Counted from the first letter of the stretch, positions 50,297 to 59,532 are shown. The stretch: DNA of 64,000 nt from Minisyncoccia bacterium (GCA_041752275.1 JBGSHK010000015.1:64641-128640); one strand, 5' to 3'. Notes: generated from the letters alone by a model not told the origin. Numbers and translations are program-made.

Positions 50297-50713
50297 ATGA
50301 ACTGGACCATATACGCCCTACTCTCTGCTGTATTTGCTGCACTTGTAGCAATATTTGGAAAGCTAGGTTTAAAAAATATTGATTCAACTTTAGCTACAAC
50401 TATACGTTCGATAGTTATGGCAATCTTTCTAATAATCACAGCATTCTCTTTAGGTAAGTTTAATTTTTTAAATACTATAGACAATAAAGCTTTGATATTT
50501 ATCATACTCTCAGGTGTGTCAGGTGCAATATCTTGGTTGTTTTATTTTTTAGCTATCAAACTCGGTCCTGTTAGTGCGGTAGCAGCCATAGATAGAACAA
50601 GTATAGTTTTTGTTTTTGTACTATCTGTGTTGTTTTTGAGTGAATCATTAACAGTATTAAAAAGTATAGGCGCACTTGCCATAGTAATCGGTGCTATATT
50701 AATGGCATTATAA
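50297..50713 (+). CDS. EamA/DMT family transporter
   Basis: YALLSAVFAALVAIFGKLG, SWLFYFLA, AIDRTS. Confidence 0.9.
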   Translation: MNWTIYALLSAVFAALVAIFGKLGLKNIDSTLATTIRSIVMAIFLIITAFSLGKFNFLNTIDNKALIFIILSGVSGAISWLFYFLAIKLGPVSAVAAIDRTSIVFVFVLSVLFLSESLTVLKSIGALAIVIGAILMAL

Positions 50714-50768
50714 TCTTTGTCTATAAAAAATAACCGTAAAAATCCTCAATCGTGATATACTCATAATC

Positions 50769-52097
50769 ATGAATGAAACTCAAAAAGTAAGAAAACAAAT
50801 AATATCTATAGCATTGCCTGTGTCTATAGGTTTTTTATTTAACACATTATTCAACGTTGTTGATACATATTGGGCAGGAAAAATATCATCTGAAGCCTTA
50901 GCTTCTTTATCTATAACATTTCCTGTTTTTTTTATAATCCTTGCCTTTGGTAATGGTTTGTCTATTGCAACCACAGCACTCATGAGTAACGCCTATGGAG
51001 AAAAAGACGATAAAAAAGCTTTATCATATTATTTTCATTCTATATTCATAGGAGCCATAATAGGTTTTTTTATTAGTTTTTTTGCAGAAAATATAGCTAA
51101 AACTATTTTTAGTTTATCAAAAATACCAGCCGAATTACAATCTATAGCTTTGCTATATATTATGCCAATACTTTCCTTTTCAATATTTTTTATATATCCT
51201 TTTTTACTTAATAGTATTTTAAATGCACAAGGTAACACAAAACCTCTTAGAAATTCTCTTGTGTTTGGTTTTTTTATAAACTGTATTTTAAATCCATGGT
51301 TTATGTATGGGGGATTTGGTTTACCGTCTATGGGTATTGTAGGTATAGCTTATGCAACTATAGTTGTGCAAATACTATCAAGTATTTATATATTTTATGA
51401 AATAAATAAAAGAAATTTATTTAATAATTTTTTTAAAATAAAATCATATTTTTCTATACAAAAATTAAGTGAAATTATAATACAATCCATACCTTCTGTT
51501 TTAAATTTTTCTTTAATAATAGTTGGCTCAATTGTATTATTTTATTTTATATCTTCTTTTGATTCATCAGTTTTTAGTGGATATTCTATAGCCTTACGTT
51601 TAGAACAAATAGCTCTTTTACCGGCTATAGGGTTAAACATTGCGGTGCTTTCTCTTATAGGTAAATACAATGGTGCAAAAGATCATAAATCAATGAGGCT
51701 GGTTATAAACGAATCTTTAAAAATAGGTTTATATATAATGTCTTTTGGTACTGTGTGTATATTAATTTTTGGAGGTTATATTAGTGGTTTATTTTCAACA
51801 GATCAAAAAGTCATAGATGAGGCTGTAAAATATTTAACACCTGCAGCTATAGGTCTTTTTGCATATGCTGTTATTTTTATAACAAATTCTTTTTTTCAAG
51901 GTATAAAAAAACCAAACATAACACTTATTGTAAGTGTTGTAAGACAAATAGTTTTACCATTTATAATATTCTATATTTTAGAAAAATATACAGAATTAAA
52001 TGTATATATGATATGGTATACGATTTTATTTATTACAGTTTTTTCAGCGATAATTTCTTATATTTATATGATGAGATTTATAAAAATGAGAGAATAA
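50769..52097 (+). CDS. MATE family efflux transporter
   Basis: NVVDTYWAG, GNTKP, LNP...G...MGIVGIA. Confidence 0.92.
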   Translation: MNETQKVRKQIISIALPVSIGFLFNTLFNVVDTYWAGKISSEALASLSITFPVFFIILAFGNGLSIATTALMSNAYGEKDDKKALSYYFHSIFIGAIIGFFISFFAENIAKTIFSLSKIPAELQSIALLYIMPILSFSIFFIYPFLLNSILNAQGNTKPLRNSLVFGFFINCILNPWFMYGGFGLPSMGIVGIAYATIVVQILSSIYIFYEINKRNLFNNFFKIKSYFSIQKLSEIIIQSIPSVLNFSLIIVGSIVLFYFISSFDSSVFSGYSIALRLEQIALLPAIGLNIAVLSLIGKYNGAKDHKSMRLVINESLKIGLYIMSFGTVCILIFGGYISGLFSTDQKVIDEAVKYLTPAAIGLFAYAVIFITNSFFQGIKKPNITLIVSVVRQIVLPFIIFYILEKYTELNVYMIWYTILFITVFSAIISYIYMMRFIKMRE

Positions 52098-52133
52098 AAG
52101 TTTTAATTTATTTATAATAATACTAGAACTTTA

Positions 52134-53378
52134 TTATCCTCTACCTGCCAAATAACCTGTCGTCCAGCATATCTGTAAACTATAACCACCGGACGGTCTA
52201 TCTATATTCAAAAGATCTCCAACAATATAAAGATTCTTCACTATCTTTGATTGCATATTTTTAAAATCAATTTCTTTCAAATCAACACCTCCGTCAGAGA
52301 CTATTGCATCATTTTCATCAAGTAAGCCATTTATATTTATTTTCAAACCTTTTATATTTTCTATAAGACTTATTCTCATATCTTTGGTGACTTGAGTACC
52401 TGTTATATTTCCATCTATCTTAAGATTATCCAAAACTATATTAACAAGATTTTTATTCAAAATATCAGATAGAATATTTACAACTTTCTTTTTTGCATTG
52501 TTTTGAAATAGATCAGTAAGGTATTTATTCAAGGCTCCATGATCATATTTATTTAATAAATCAATACTTATATAGACTTTTTGTTTTTGAACAAGATAAT
52601 CACTTATCTCTTTACTCATATTTAAAATAGTTGGACCAGATACACCAAAATGAGTGAAAAGTATTTTACCTTTTTTTGAACTCATTTTTTTATCATCAGC
52701 AAAAAGATTTATCTTAACACTTTGTAAAGCAAGGCCTTGTACTTGTTTTATCCACTTATCATGTGAACGAAGCGGTACAAGAGAAGGTTTAGGTGTGTGT
52801 ACAGTATGACCCATATTCTTAAGCCATACATATGCATCACCTGTAGACCCTGTTTCAGGGTGTGAGGTTCCACCTGTTGCCAATATATATTTTTTGGCGA
52901 CGTATACGACTTTTTCAGTTTGCACTCCTGTTATTTTTCCATTAGAAAATACAATATTTTTAACTGGGGCATTGCTCAGTATTTCTAGGTTTTTATTTTT
53001 TTTTATATCATTGAGTAAAACATTATATACACTGCGAGCAGAGTCAGATACAGGAAATACGCGACCATACTCTTCAACCTTTGTCGGCATATCTCGAGTA
53101 TTAAAATATTTTAAAGAATCTTCAACTCCATATTGTGTAAATGCGGAGTATAGAAACTGTTCAGCTTTTTTATAGTTTTTTAAAAGCACTCTCAAGTCAA
53201 ATTCTGCATTTGTGACATTGCACCTTCCTCCACCTGTAATCAAAAGTTTTTTACCAAGGTTGTTATTTTTCTCTATAAGTAAAACTCTTTTACTACGATC
53301 TATAGAGGCAGCGGCCATCATACCTGAGGCACCTCCACCAATTATTATTATGTCGTATGTTTTCTCTATATTATTCAT
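52134..53378 (-). CDS. HI0933/BaiN family flavoprotein
   Basis: GGGASG, GKKLLITGGGRCNVTN, LFTHFGVSGP, GGYSLQ. Confidence 0.93.
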   Translation of the reverse strand: MNNIEKTYDIIIIGGGASGMMAAASIDRSKRVLLIEKNNNLGKKLLITGGGRCNVTNAEFDLRVLLKNYKKAEQFLYSAFTQYGVEDSLKYFNTRDMPTKVEEYGRVFPVSDSARSVYNVLLNDIKKNKNLEILSNAPVKNIVFSNGKITGVQTEKVVYVAKKYILATGGTSHPETGSTGDAYVWLKNMGHTVHTPKPSLVPLRSHDKWIKQVQGLALQSVKINLFADDKKMSSKKGKILFTHFGVSGPTILNMSKEISDYLVQKQKVYISIDLLNKYDHGALNKYLTDLFQNNAKKKVVNILSDILNKNLVNIVLDNLKIDGNITGTQVTKDMRISLIENIKGLKININGLLDENDAIVSDGGVDLKEIDFKNMQSKIVKNLYIVGDLLNIDRPSGGYSLQICWTTGYLAGRG

Positions 53379-54927
53379 GATGTGTATTCTTCATCCAGAA
53401 GAATCCAAATATACCTATTATTAAGATAAAAATCAATAACCCTATATTTAATAAGACTTTATTTTTTTCACCAAAAGGTATTATTTGTTTTTGAGGAATA
53501 TATTCAGGATTTTTTAAAAGATTATTATATTGAATTATCTTTGGTGTCACAGCTTCAAAATAGTTTATTGTATTTCTTATATCGTATATAGGAGCAGATT
53601 CTGTATTATTTCCTACTACTATTTTCAAATCATCAGCAACTCCATCATCATACTTAAAAAGTAACCCAGTATTTTGTATTTTTACTTTGGCTGTTTTAGT
53701 TATATCTAAGGGTTTATTATTATTATTTTGTAAAATAACTTTAAACTTTTTATATGTAGATGGAGATATTTTTATTTTAAGACTTTCACCTTTATACACC
53801 GGAGAATCTATTCTATAAATATTTCCACTTGAAAGAGTTACCCAGTTGGAATCATCCTGTGCTCCTTGTATAACAATATTTCTATTAAAATTTTTTTCAT
53901 CACTATCGACATTTAAAGCCAATTCTTCTACATCTATATCTCCTTTATACACTAATTCTGTTCTGCCATCTAATTCAATTCTATCTAAAAGATTTACATC
54001 TTTATATATTGATAAGTTATCAAAAGCAAAGTTGCCAGATAAATAATCTTTTACTTTATAGCCAATATTTTTATTTTCACTTTGTAAGTATTTTATCTCA
54101 GCAGCTATTACACTAAGTTGATTATTAACTTTTATATTTTTGTCAAAATCAGTATCATTTATAAGTTCTATTTTTATATAACGAGACGAGACACCAGTAA
54201 GGTTTATATTCATATTTTCAATCATAAAACTGGTTTCATCAGTGTAGTTGTATAAAACGTTTTTTTGCTCAAACTCTCTCCAAGACGTGCTGTTTGATGT
54301 TAAAAAACTATCTGATATATATACTTTTACTTTTTTTCTAAAATTTTTGGAATTTGAATCTTTTGATAAAAAAAGGTTGTTATATAAAAGCCCTTCTTTA
54401 TTTGTGTCTATAACTAGTATTCTTTTTCCATCTCGAGTTATACTATTTTCCAAAATCTTAACTGCTGAACTTGTGTCATTTATTTGTTGATTTTGTTGAT
54501 TTGATTTAATAAGTATATAAGGAATTTCATTTTTATCTTTATCCATCAAACGTATATCAGATAAATCATATTTTTTAGACATGGTTATAACATCATTATT
54601 TATAGGTAAAACATATAAATTTTGATAATCTTGACCGTTTCCACCAACATCAATCTGAGACATAGTTATATCCCCTATAGTAGTCCAGTTTTTTAGCTCG
54701 ATATTTTTTGCATCTATTGTATAGGAAAATGAAGTTAATGCTAAAAATAATATTATAGTTTTTGTTATGTCTATTTTTTTATTTTTAGAAATATCTAAAT
54801 GAGATTGATTTATCGGTGTTGCTAAGGGAATATTATTTGATAATTTATTTTCTAAATTGCTAATGCGTGAGTTTAAGTTTGCTAAATATAAAACAATACC
54901 TATTACTACAATTATTATTGTAAACAT
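53371..54927 (-). CDS. DUF3999-like exported protein with extra N-terminal TM segment
   Basis: DLSDIRL...EIPY, NNNNKPL, GN....AP.YD, C-terminal TM. Confidence 0.65.
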   Translation of the reverse strand: MFTIIIVVIGIVLYLANLNSRISNLENKLSNNIPLATPINQSHLDISKNKKIDITKTIILFLALTSFSYTIDAKNIELKNWTTIGDITMSQIDVGGNGQDYQNLYVLPINNDVITMSKKYDLSDIRLMDKDKNEIPYILIKSNQQNQQINDTSSAVKILENSITRDGKRILVIDTNKEGLLYNNLFLSKDSNSKNFRKKVKVYISDSFLTSNSTSWREFEQKNVLYNYTDETSFMIENMNINLTGVSSRYIKIELINDTDFDKNIKVNNQLSVIAAEIKYLQSENKNIGYKVKDYLSGNFAFDNLSIYKDVNLLDRIELDGRTELVYKGDIDVEELALNVDSDEKNFNRNIVIQGAQDDSNWVTLSSGNIYRIDSPVYKGESLKIKISPSTYKKFKVILQNNNNKPLDITKTAKVKIQNTGLLFKYDDGVADDLKIVVGNNTESAPIYDIRNTINYFEAVTPKIIQYNNLLKNPEYIPQKQIIPFGEKNKVLLNIGLLIFILIIGIFGFFWMKNTHHE

Positions 54928-54941
54928 AGTATAATAGTATC

Positions 54942-55424
54942 ATGAGTAAACTACCAATGGTATGGGAAGAATACAGTCACTTATATGTTCCAAAAGATAA
55001 AGATTGGAAATGGTCAGTGGCTATTATTTCTATAACAATAGCTCTTATATCTTTTATGTTTTCTAATATAACTTTTGGTTTTTTGATAATTATATCAACA
55101 ATAGTTTTGATGCTGAACTCATTTCATGAACCTGGACTTGTTCGATTTGAAATAAATACTAAAGGAATAAGAGTAAATCAGGAATTTTGGTCATTTACAG
55201 ATATAAAATCTTTTTGGATAGAAGATAACAGAGAACACCATATACATTCCAGAATACTTTTTTCACATGATGGTCTTTTTAATTCTTTATTAATACTTTA
55301 TCTACCAATAGAGATCACAAATAATCAAATGCATGATATTCATCAAGAATTGGTGAAAATATTGCCGGAGCAAAGACTTCGTGAATCTTTTTTTCAAACA
55401 ACTCTAGAGTATCTTGGTTTTTAA
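54942..55424 (+). CDS. two-TM hypothetical protein
   Basis: Two TMs then PH-like GIRV...IKSFWI. Confidence 0.75.
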   Translation: MSKLPMVWEEYSHLYVPKDKDWKWSVAIISITIALISFMFSNITFGFLIIISTIVLMLNSFHEPGLVRFEINTKGIRVNQEFWSFTDIKSFWIEDNREHHIHSRILFSHDGLFNSLLILYLPIEITNNQMHDIHQELVKILPEQRLRESFFQTTLEYLGF

Positions 55425-55450
55425 GGTGTTTTGAGGTATATTGTGTAAAT

Positions 55451-55522
55451 GCTCCCGTCGTTTAATGGATAGGACATGACTTTGCGGAAGTCAAGATCTA
55501 GGTTCGATTCCTAGCAGGAGCA
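55451..55522 (+). tRNA. tRNA-Arg(GCG)
   Basis: TGACT-TTGCGGA-AGTCA anticodon arm; GGTTCGATTCC. Confidence 0.92.
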
Positions 55523-55566
55523 CAAATTATTACTACATGTGTAAGTTAAAAAATCCGGAGGATTTT

Positions 55567-55668
55567 TAGGAATCGAAAGGGTTATCCTATATTTTCGAGC
55601 AGCTTTGCTGTAAGAAAATAGGAAACCCGTACTGAACTCGTAGAGTTCGATTCCTAGCAGGAACACAA
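55567..55668 (+). repeat. tRNA-matched structured module E3 (Arg) with copy of tRNA 3' end
   Basis: TAGGAATCGAA-core-GTTCGATTCCTAGCAGGAACACAA. Confidence 0.8.
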
Positions 55669-55701
55669 GAGAAAAATCACCCTTTGTGGTGATTTTTCGA
55701 T

Positions 55702-55840
55702 TTGTGGTTCTGAGCAAGCAAACTGCTTTGCTTGCGTCTAGGAATCGAAAAGTTTTGTGATGTTTTTGAGAATTTGCAAAATTCGAAAAAACCACAAAGG
55801 TGTACTGGTCCTGTAAGGACCGATTCCTAGCAGGAGCACA
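55702..55840 (+). repeat. tRNA-matched structured module E4 (Arg) with copy of tRNA 3' end
   Basis: TTGTGGTTCTG-[hairpin]-CTAGGAATCGAA-core-CGATTCCTAGCAGGAGCACA. Confidence 0.8.
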
Positions 55841-55919
55841 GTAAGAAAAACACCCGAAAGGGTGATTTTCTGTGCGAGTGGAGTGAGCCGAGTATCTCAA
55901 AATATTGTATAATCAAAAT

Positions 55920-57044
55920 ATGTACGAAATATTCACCAGAACCCGAAATAAAACAATCTCGATAATATATAAATATCTATTAAAACCCATCTTCTTTCGC
56001 TTCGACCCTGAAGATGTGCACGATCACATGATTAAAACAGGTGAATTTTTCGGTAGATTTTCATTAACAAGAAAACTATTATCTCTTACTTTCAACTATA
56101 AAAATCCTATACTAAGTCAAAACATATTAGGCTTAAACTTCGTAAACCCCATCGGCCTCTCAGCTGGTTTTGATAAAAACGCAGAGCTAACACAACTTTT
56201 ACCATCTATTGGTTTTGGCTTCATTGAAGTTGGATCTATCACAGGTGAACCATGTCCCGGTAACCCAAAGCCAAGATTATGGAGACTCCCCCTTTCAAAA
56301 AGTCTTATAGTGTACTATGGACTTAAAAATGATGGTGCTGAAATTATTTCCAAAAGACTTAAAAATAAAAAAACATCTATACCTCTTGGTATAAATATAG
56401 CAATGACAAATTGCCAAAAAAACATAGACATAAATAACGCAATACAAGATTATAAAAAAGCTTTCGAGTTGATGGAAGAATCAGCTAACTACATAACTAT
56501 AAACATATCTTGCCCCAACACTCTTAGTGATCAGCCTTTTACAGACAATAAAAACCTAGATAATCTTTTAACGGTATTAGATAAAGTTGAAACAACAAAA
56601 CCAATTTTTGTAAAACTATCACCTGATCTAAAACATGAAGAGATAGACAATATATTAGAAACACTTAAAAATCACAGAGTGCATGGTATCATTTGCAGTA
56701 ATCTAACCAAAAATAGAAATAACAATAAAATAATAGAAAAAAACATATCCCTCAAAGGAGGCTTGAGTGGCAAAGTTGTTCAGGATTTGTCAGATAACCT
56801 ACTGTCTTACATTTATAAAAAAGAAGGAAAAAGGTTTTTACTTATAGGTACAGGAGGAATATTTACAGCAGAAGATGTATATAAAAAGATAAAAAATGGG
56901 GCATCTCTTGTGCAACTTATAACAGGAATGATATATCAAGGACCACAACTTATAAGTACATTAAATCAGGAGTTAGCTGTATTATTACAAAACGATGGTT
57001 ATAAAAATATAAGTGAAGCAATCGGCACAAATGTGCTAAAATAA
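55920..57044 (+). CDS. pyrD: dihydroorotate dehydrogenase, class 2-like
   Basis: DPEDVH, GLSAGFDKN, GNPKPRLWRL, KLSPD, GGLSG; start moved to 55920. Confidence 0.92.
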   Translation: MYEIFTRTRNKTISIIYKYLLKPIFFRFDPEDVHDHMIKTGEFFGRFSLTRKLLSLTFNYKNPILSQNILGLNFVNPIGLSAGFDKNAELTQLLPSIGFGFIEVGSITGEPCPGNPKPRLWRLPLSKSLIVYYGLKNDGAEIISKRLKNKKTSIPLGINIAMTNCQKNIDINNAIQDYKKAFELMEESANYITINISCPNTLSDQPFTDNKNLDNLLTVLDKVETTKPIFVKLSPDLKHEEIDNILETLKNHRVHGIICSNLTKNRNNNKIIEKNISLKGGLSGKVVQDLSDNLLSYIYKKEGKRFLLIGTGGIFTAEDVYKKIKNGASLVQLITGMIYQGPQLISTLNQELAVLLQNDGYKNISEAIGTNVLK

Positions 57045-57049
57045 AAAAC

Positions 57050-57679
57050 ATGCAAGGAAAACTCATACTCATAAGACATCAGGAATCAGAATGGAATAAG
57101 CTAGGTCGCTGGACCGGACACAGAGATATACACCTTACACCACTTGGTTTTGAAAGGTCGAACAAATTTGGATTATATATAAAAGATTTAGATTTAAAAA
57201 TAAACAAAGCCTTTGCATCTATGCAAGTTAGAAGTATTGAAACTTTATCATGCATACTGAACACCTGTGAACTATATGATATACCAACAAAACATGCTGC
57301 CGAACTAGACGAAAGAGATTATGGGGATTATACAGGTAACAACAAATGGGAAATGGAAAAACAACTTGGTGAAGAAGATTTTTTAAAAATACGAAGATCA
57401 TGGGAATACACTCCGCCAAATGGCGAGTCTTTAAAAAAGGTATATGAGAGAGTTGTGCCCTATTTTACAGCAGAGATTTTACCCTTACTAAACAAAGGTG
57501 AAAATGTTTTAATAGTAGGTCACGGAAACTCACTTAGATCTCTTATAAAACACATTGAAGATATCTCAGATGAGGAAATAACAAATATAGAGTTTGATTT
57601 TAGTGAAGTTATTATCTTTGACTTAGATCAAACAGGTAAATGTGTAAACAAAAAAATTGAAGAAGTTTCTTTTGTTTAA
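57050..57679 (+). CDS. gpmA: 2,3-BPG-dependent phosphoglycerate mutase
   Basis: RHQESEWN, ERDYG, PPNGESL, HGNSLR. Confidence 0.9.
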   Translation: MQGKLILIRHQESEWNKLGRWTGHRDIHLTPLGFERSNKFGLYIKDLDLKINKAFASMQVRSIETLSCILNTCELYDIPTKHAAELDERDYGDYTGNNKWEMEKQLGEEDFLKIRRSWEYTPPNGESLKKVYERVVPYFTAEILPLLNKGENVLIVGHGNSLRSLIKHIEDISDEEITNIEFDFSEVIIFDLDQTGKCVNKKIEEVSFV

Positions 57680-57700
57680 TTAATGAAATCAGTTAATAAT

Positions 57701-58207
57701 TTACAAGTTTCTGATAAAATTATTTTTTTGAGCAGAATATTTGATTGAATAGTATAAAGCAATTATACCTATTACAATTCCTGATATATATATCAGATCA
57801 GCAATATAGGGAGTATATTTTAATAGTTTTAAAGTAGATAATAAATAATTCCAGTCATGTATTACACTTTCACCTCCTAAAAGAGGTAATTGCATAAGCA
57901 TCGCATCTCTAGCGTAAACAGATATATTTATCATATTTTGCCCAACCCAAAATAATAAAATTGATGCCGAATGATATTCTTCTTGTTGCAGAAAATATAA
58001 ACAACATATAACAGGAATCAGAATCTGAAACAATGAGCCTCCAGTAATACTTATAAATTGTCCAAATAAGAAAGTAATAGTGTGGCCAGCTTCATGAAAA
58101 ATAAGGTTTATATTATCAATAAAATGCCATTTATTTGAAGTAAATGCATAATAAAAAAAATAACTTGCAACCATAGCAGTTAAAAAATAAGATGTATTGA
58201 ATTTCAT
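57701..58207 (-). CDS. membrane protein with HExxH motif (M50-like)
   Basis: FHEAGH, GGSLFQ, HDW. Confidence 0.75.
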   Translation of the reverse strand: MKFNTSYFLTAMVASYFFYYAFTSNKWHFIDNINLIFHEAGHTITFLFGQFISITGGSLFQILIPVICCLYFLQQEEYHSASILLFWVGQNMINISVYARDAMLMQLPLLGGESVIHDWNYLLSTLKLLKYTPYIADLIYISGIVIGIIALYYSIKYSAQKNNFIRNL

Positions 58208-58299
58208 ATATAATATAGTATACAGTATTTAAAATATCTTAATCAACAATGAAACATATTTCAAATTATTTTTTGTATACAATATGATATAATCAAAAT

Positions 58300-58497
58300 A
58301 TGCTTACATTATTTAACTCTATAGCAATATTGACACTAATATTTTTATTAGGATACTGGATTGGAATATTCCTACTTTCCTATCACCTTATACGTTTTGG
58401 TATAGGAACATACCCTCGACGTATTGCTTTTATTATGATATTAGGGTCAGTTTTTTTGACAATATTAAGTATAATACTACTTGTAGCAATAAGATAA
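58300..58497 (+). CDS. small membrane protein
   Basis: 65 aa, two TMs, YHLIRFG; -10 box just upstream. Confidence 0.7.
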   Translation: MLTLFNSIAILTLIFLLGYWIGIFLLSYHLIRFGIGTYPRRIAFIMILGSVFLTILSIILLVAIR

Positions 58498-58501
58498 AAA
58501 T

Positions 58502-59098
58502 ATGAATACAATAAAAGAAACAGTTGATATGGCAAATATAGAAATAAAAACACAAAGTAGAAATCTGTTTGATTTTTTATCCCATTCTCATATGGGTTTT
58601 GAAGGTCAAAAACATGGTGAAGAAATACTTGTATTTACAAGACGTCATTGGTTTGTGCTTTTAAGTACAGGATTTATTGGTTTTGTTGCAAGTATTTTAC
58701 CTCTTGTTTTTGTAGTTTTAGGTGCAAAAATACTTATACAATACAATTTATCTACTATATTTACTTTAACATGGGTTATATATCTTATGCTTATATGGTT
58801 TTGGGTATTTTATAAACTAACAATGTATGCATTAGACAGTTGGATAGTCACAGACGAAAGAGTTCTCGACATATCTCAAATAGCACTTTTTCGAAGAAAA
58901 GTTTCAGAACTACATCTTACATCGATCGAGGATACTTCAGTACATACTGATGGTTTCATACAATCATATTTAAACTTTGGGGATGTAGAAATACAGACAG
59001 CAGGTGCTACTCAAAGATTCTTATTTGATGATGTTCCAAAACCTTTGGAGATCAAAGACACTATCATGACCGCTGCGGGTAAGTTTGTTGATAAATAA
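58502..59098 (+). CDS. membrane protein with bacterial PH domain
   Basis: RRHW, WIVTDER, NFGDVEIQTAG. Confidence 0.82.
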   Translation: MNTIKETVDMANIEIKTQSRNLFDFLSHSHMGFEGQKHGEEILVFTRRHWFVLLSTGFIGFVASILPLVFVVLGAKILIQYNLSTIFTLTWVIYLMLIWFWVFYKLTMYALDSWIVTDERVLDISQIALFRRKVSELHLTSIEDTSVHTDGFIQSYLNFGDVEIQTAGATQRFLFDDVPKPLEIKDTIMTAAGKFVDK

Positions 59099-59100
59099 AA

Positions 59101-59227
59101 ACCCTCTCAAAAAAATACGCATCCTCTGAAGACAAAGCTCAATAAAAAAATAAGTCCTCCAGGAAATGGAAAGCTCAAACAAAAAACATACATTCTCTAA
59201 AGAAGAAATGTATGTTTTTTGTTTTCA
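59101..59227 (+). repeat. REP-like repeat cluster (two truncated copies plus full copy R3 at 59170-59227)
   Basis: AAAGCTCAA heads at 59134 and 59170. Confidence 0.75.
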
Positions 59228-59240
59228 CTTTAAGAAAAGA

Positions 59241-59510
59241 CTATTTCAAAGTTGCTTTCTTCACCATAGCGTTCAATCTTGATTTCTTTCTTGATGCTGT
59301 GTTTGCTTTGATAGTATTACCTTTTGCTGCTTTATCAAGTGCTGAAAAAGCTTTAGGTAAAAGAGCGTTCGCCTCAAGAGTTTTACCTTCTTTTACAAGT
59401 TTTTTAACAGACTTAACTGCATCTTCAACTTTTTTCTTACGTCTCAAGTTAAAAACTTTCTTTTTTTCACTACCTCTTAGGGCTTTTTTGGCTGATTGTG
59501 TTATTGGCAT
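59241..59510 (-). CDS. rpsT: 30S ribosomal protein S20
   Basis: MPITQSAKKALR, LDKAAK, NTASRKKSRL. Confidence 0.95.
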   Translation of the reverse strand: MPITQSAKKALRGSEKKKVFNLRRKKKVEDAVKSVKKLVKEGKTLEANALLPKAFSALDKAAKGNTIKANTASRKKSRLNAMVKKATLK

Positions 59511-59532
59511 ATTATTTTGTATAGTATATTAA

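Noticed and set aside
55495-55900. CRISPR array at the repeated tRNA-Arg 3' ends
   Set aside because: The repeats are tRNA ends, the intervening ~130-150 nt segments are structured and related to each other, and no cas genes are present.
55511-55900. 129-aa ORF, plus ORFs 50145-50387, 39928-40137 and the 5' extension of 35068-35697
   Set aside because: They overlap tRNAs or structured repeats and look like shadow frames.
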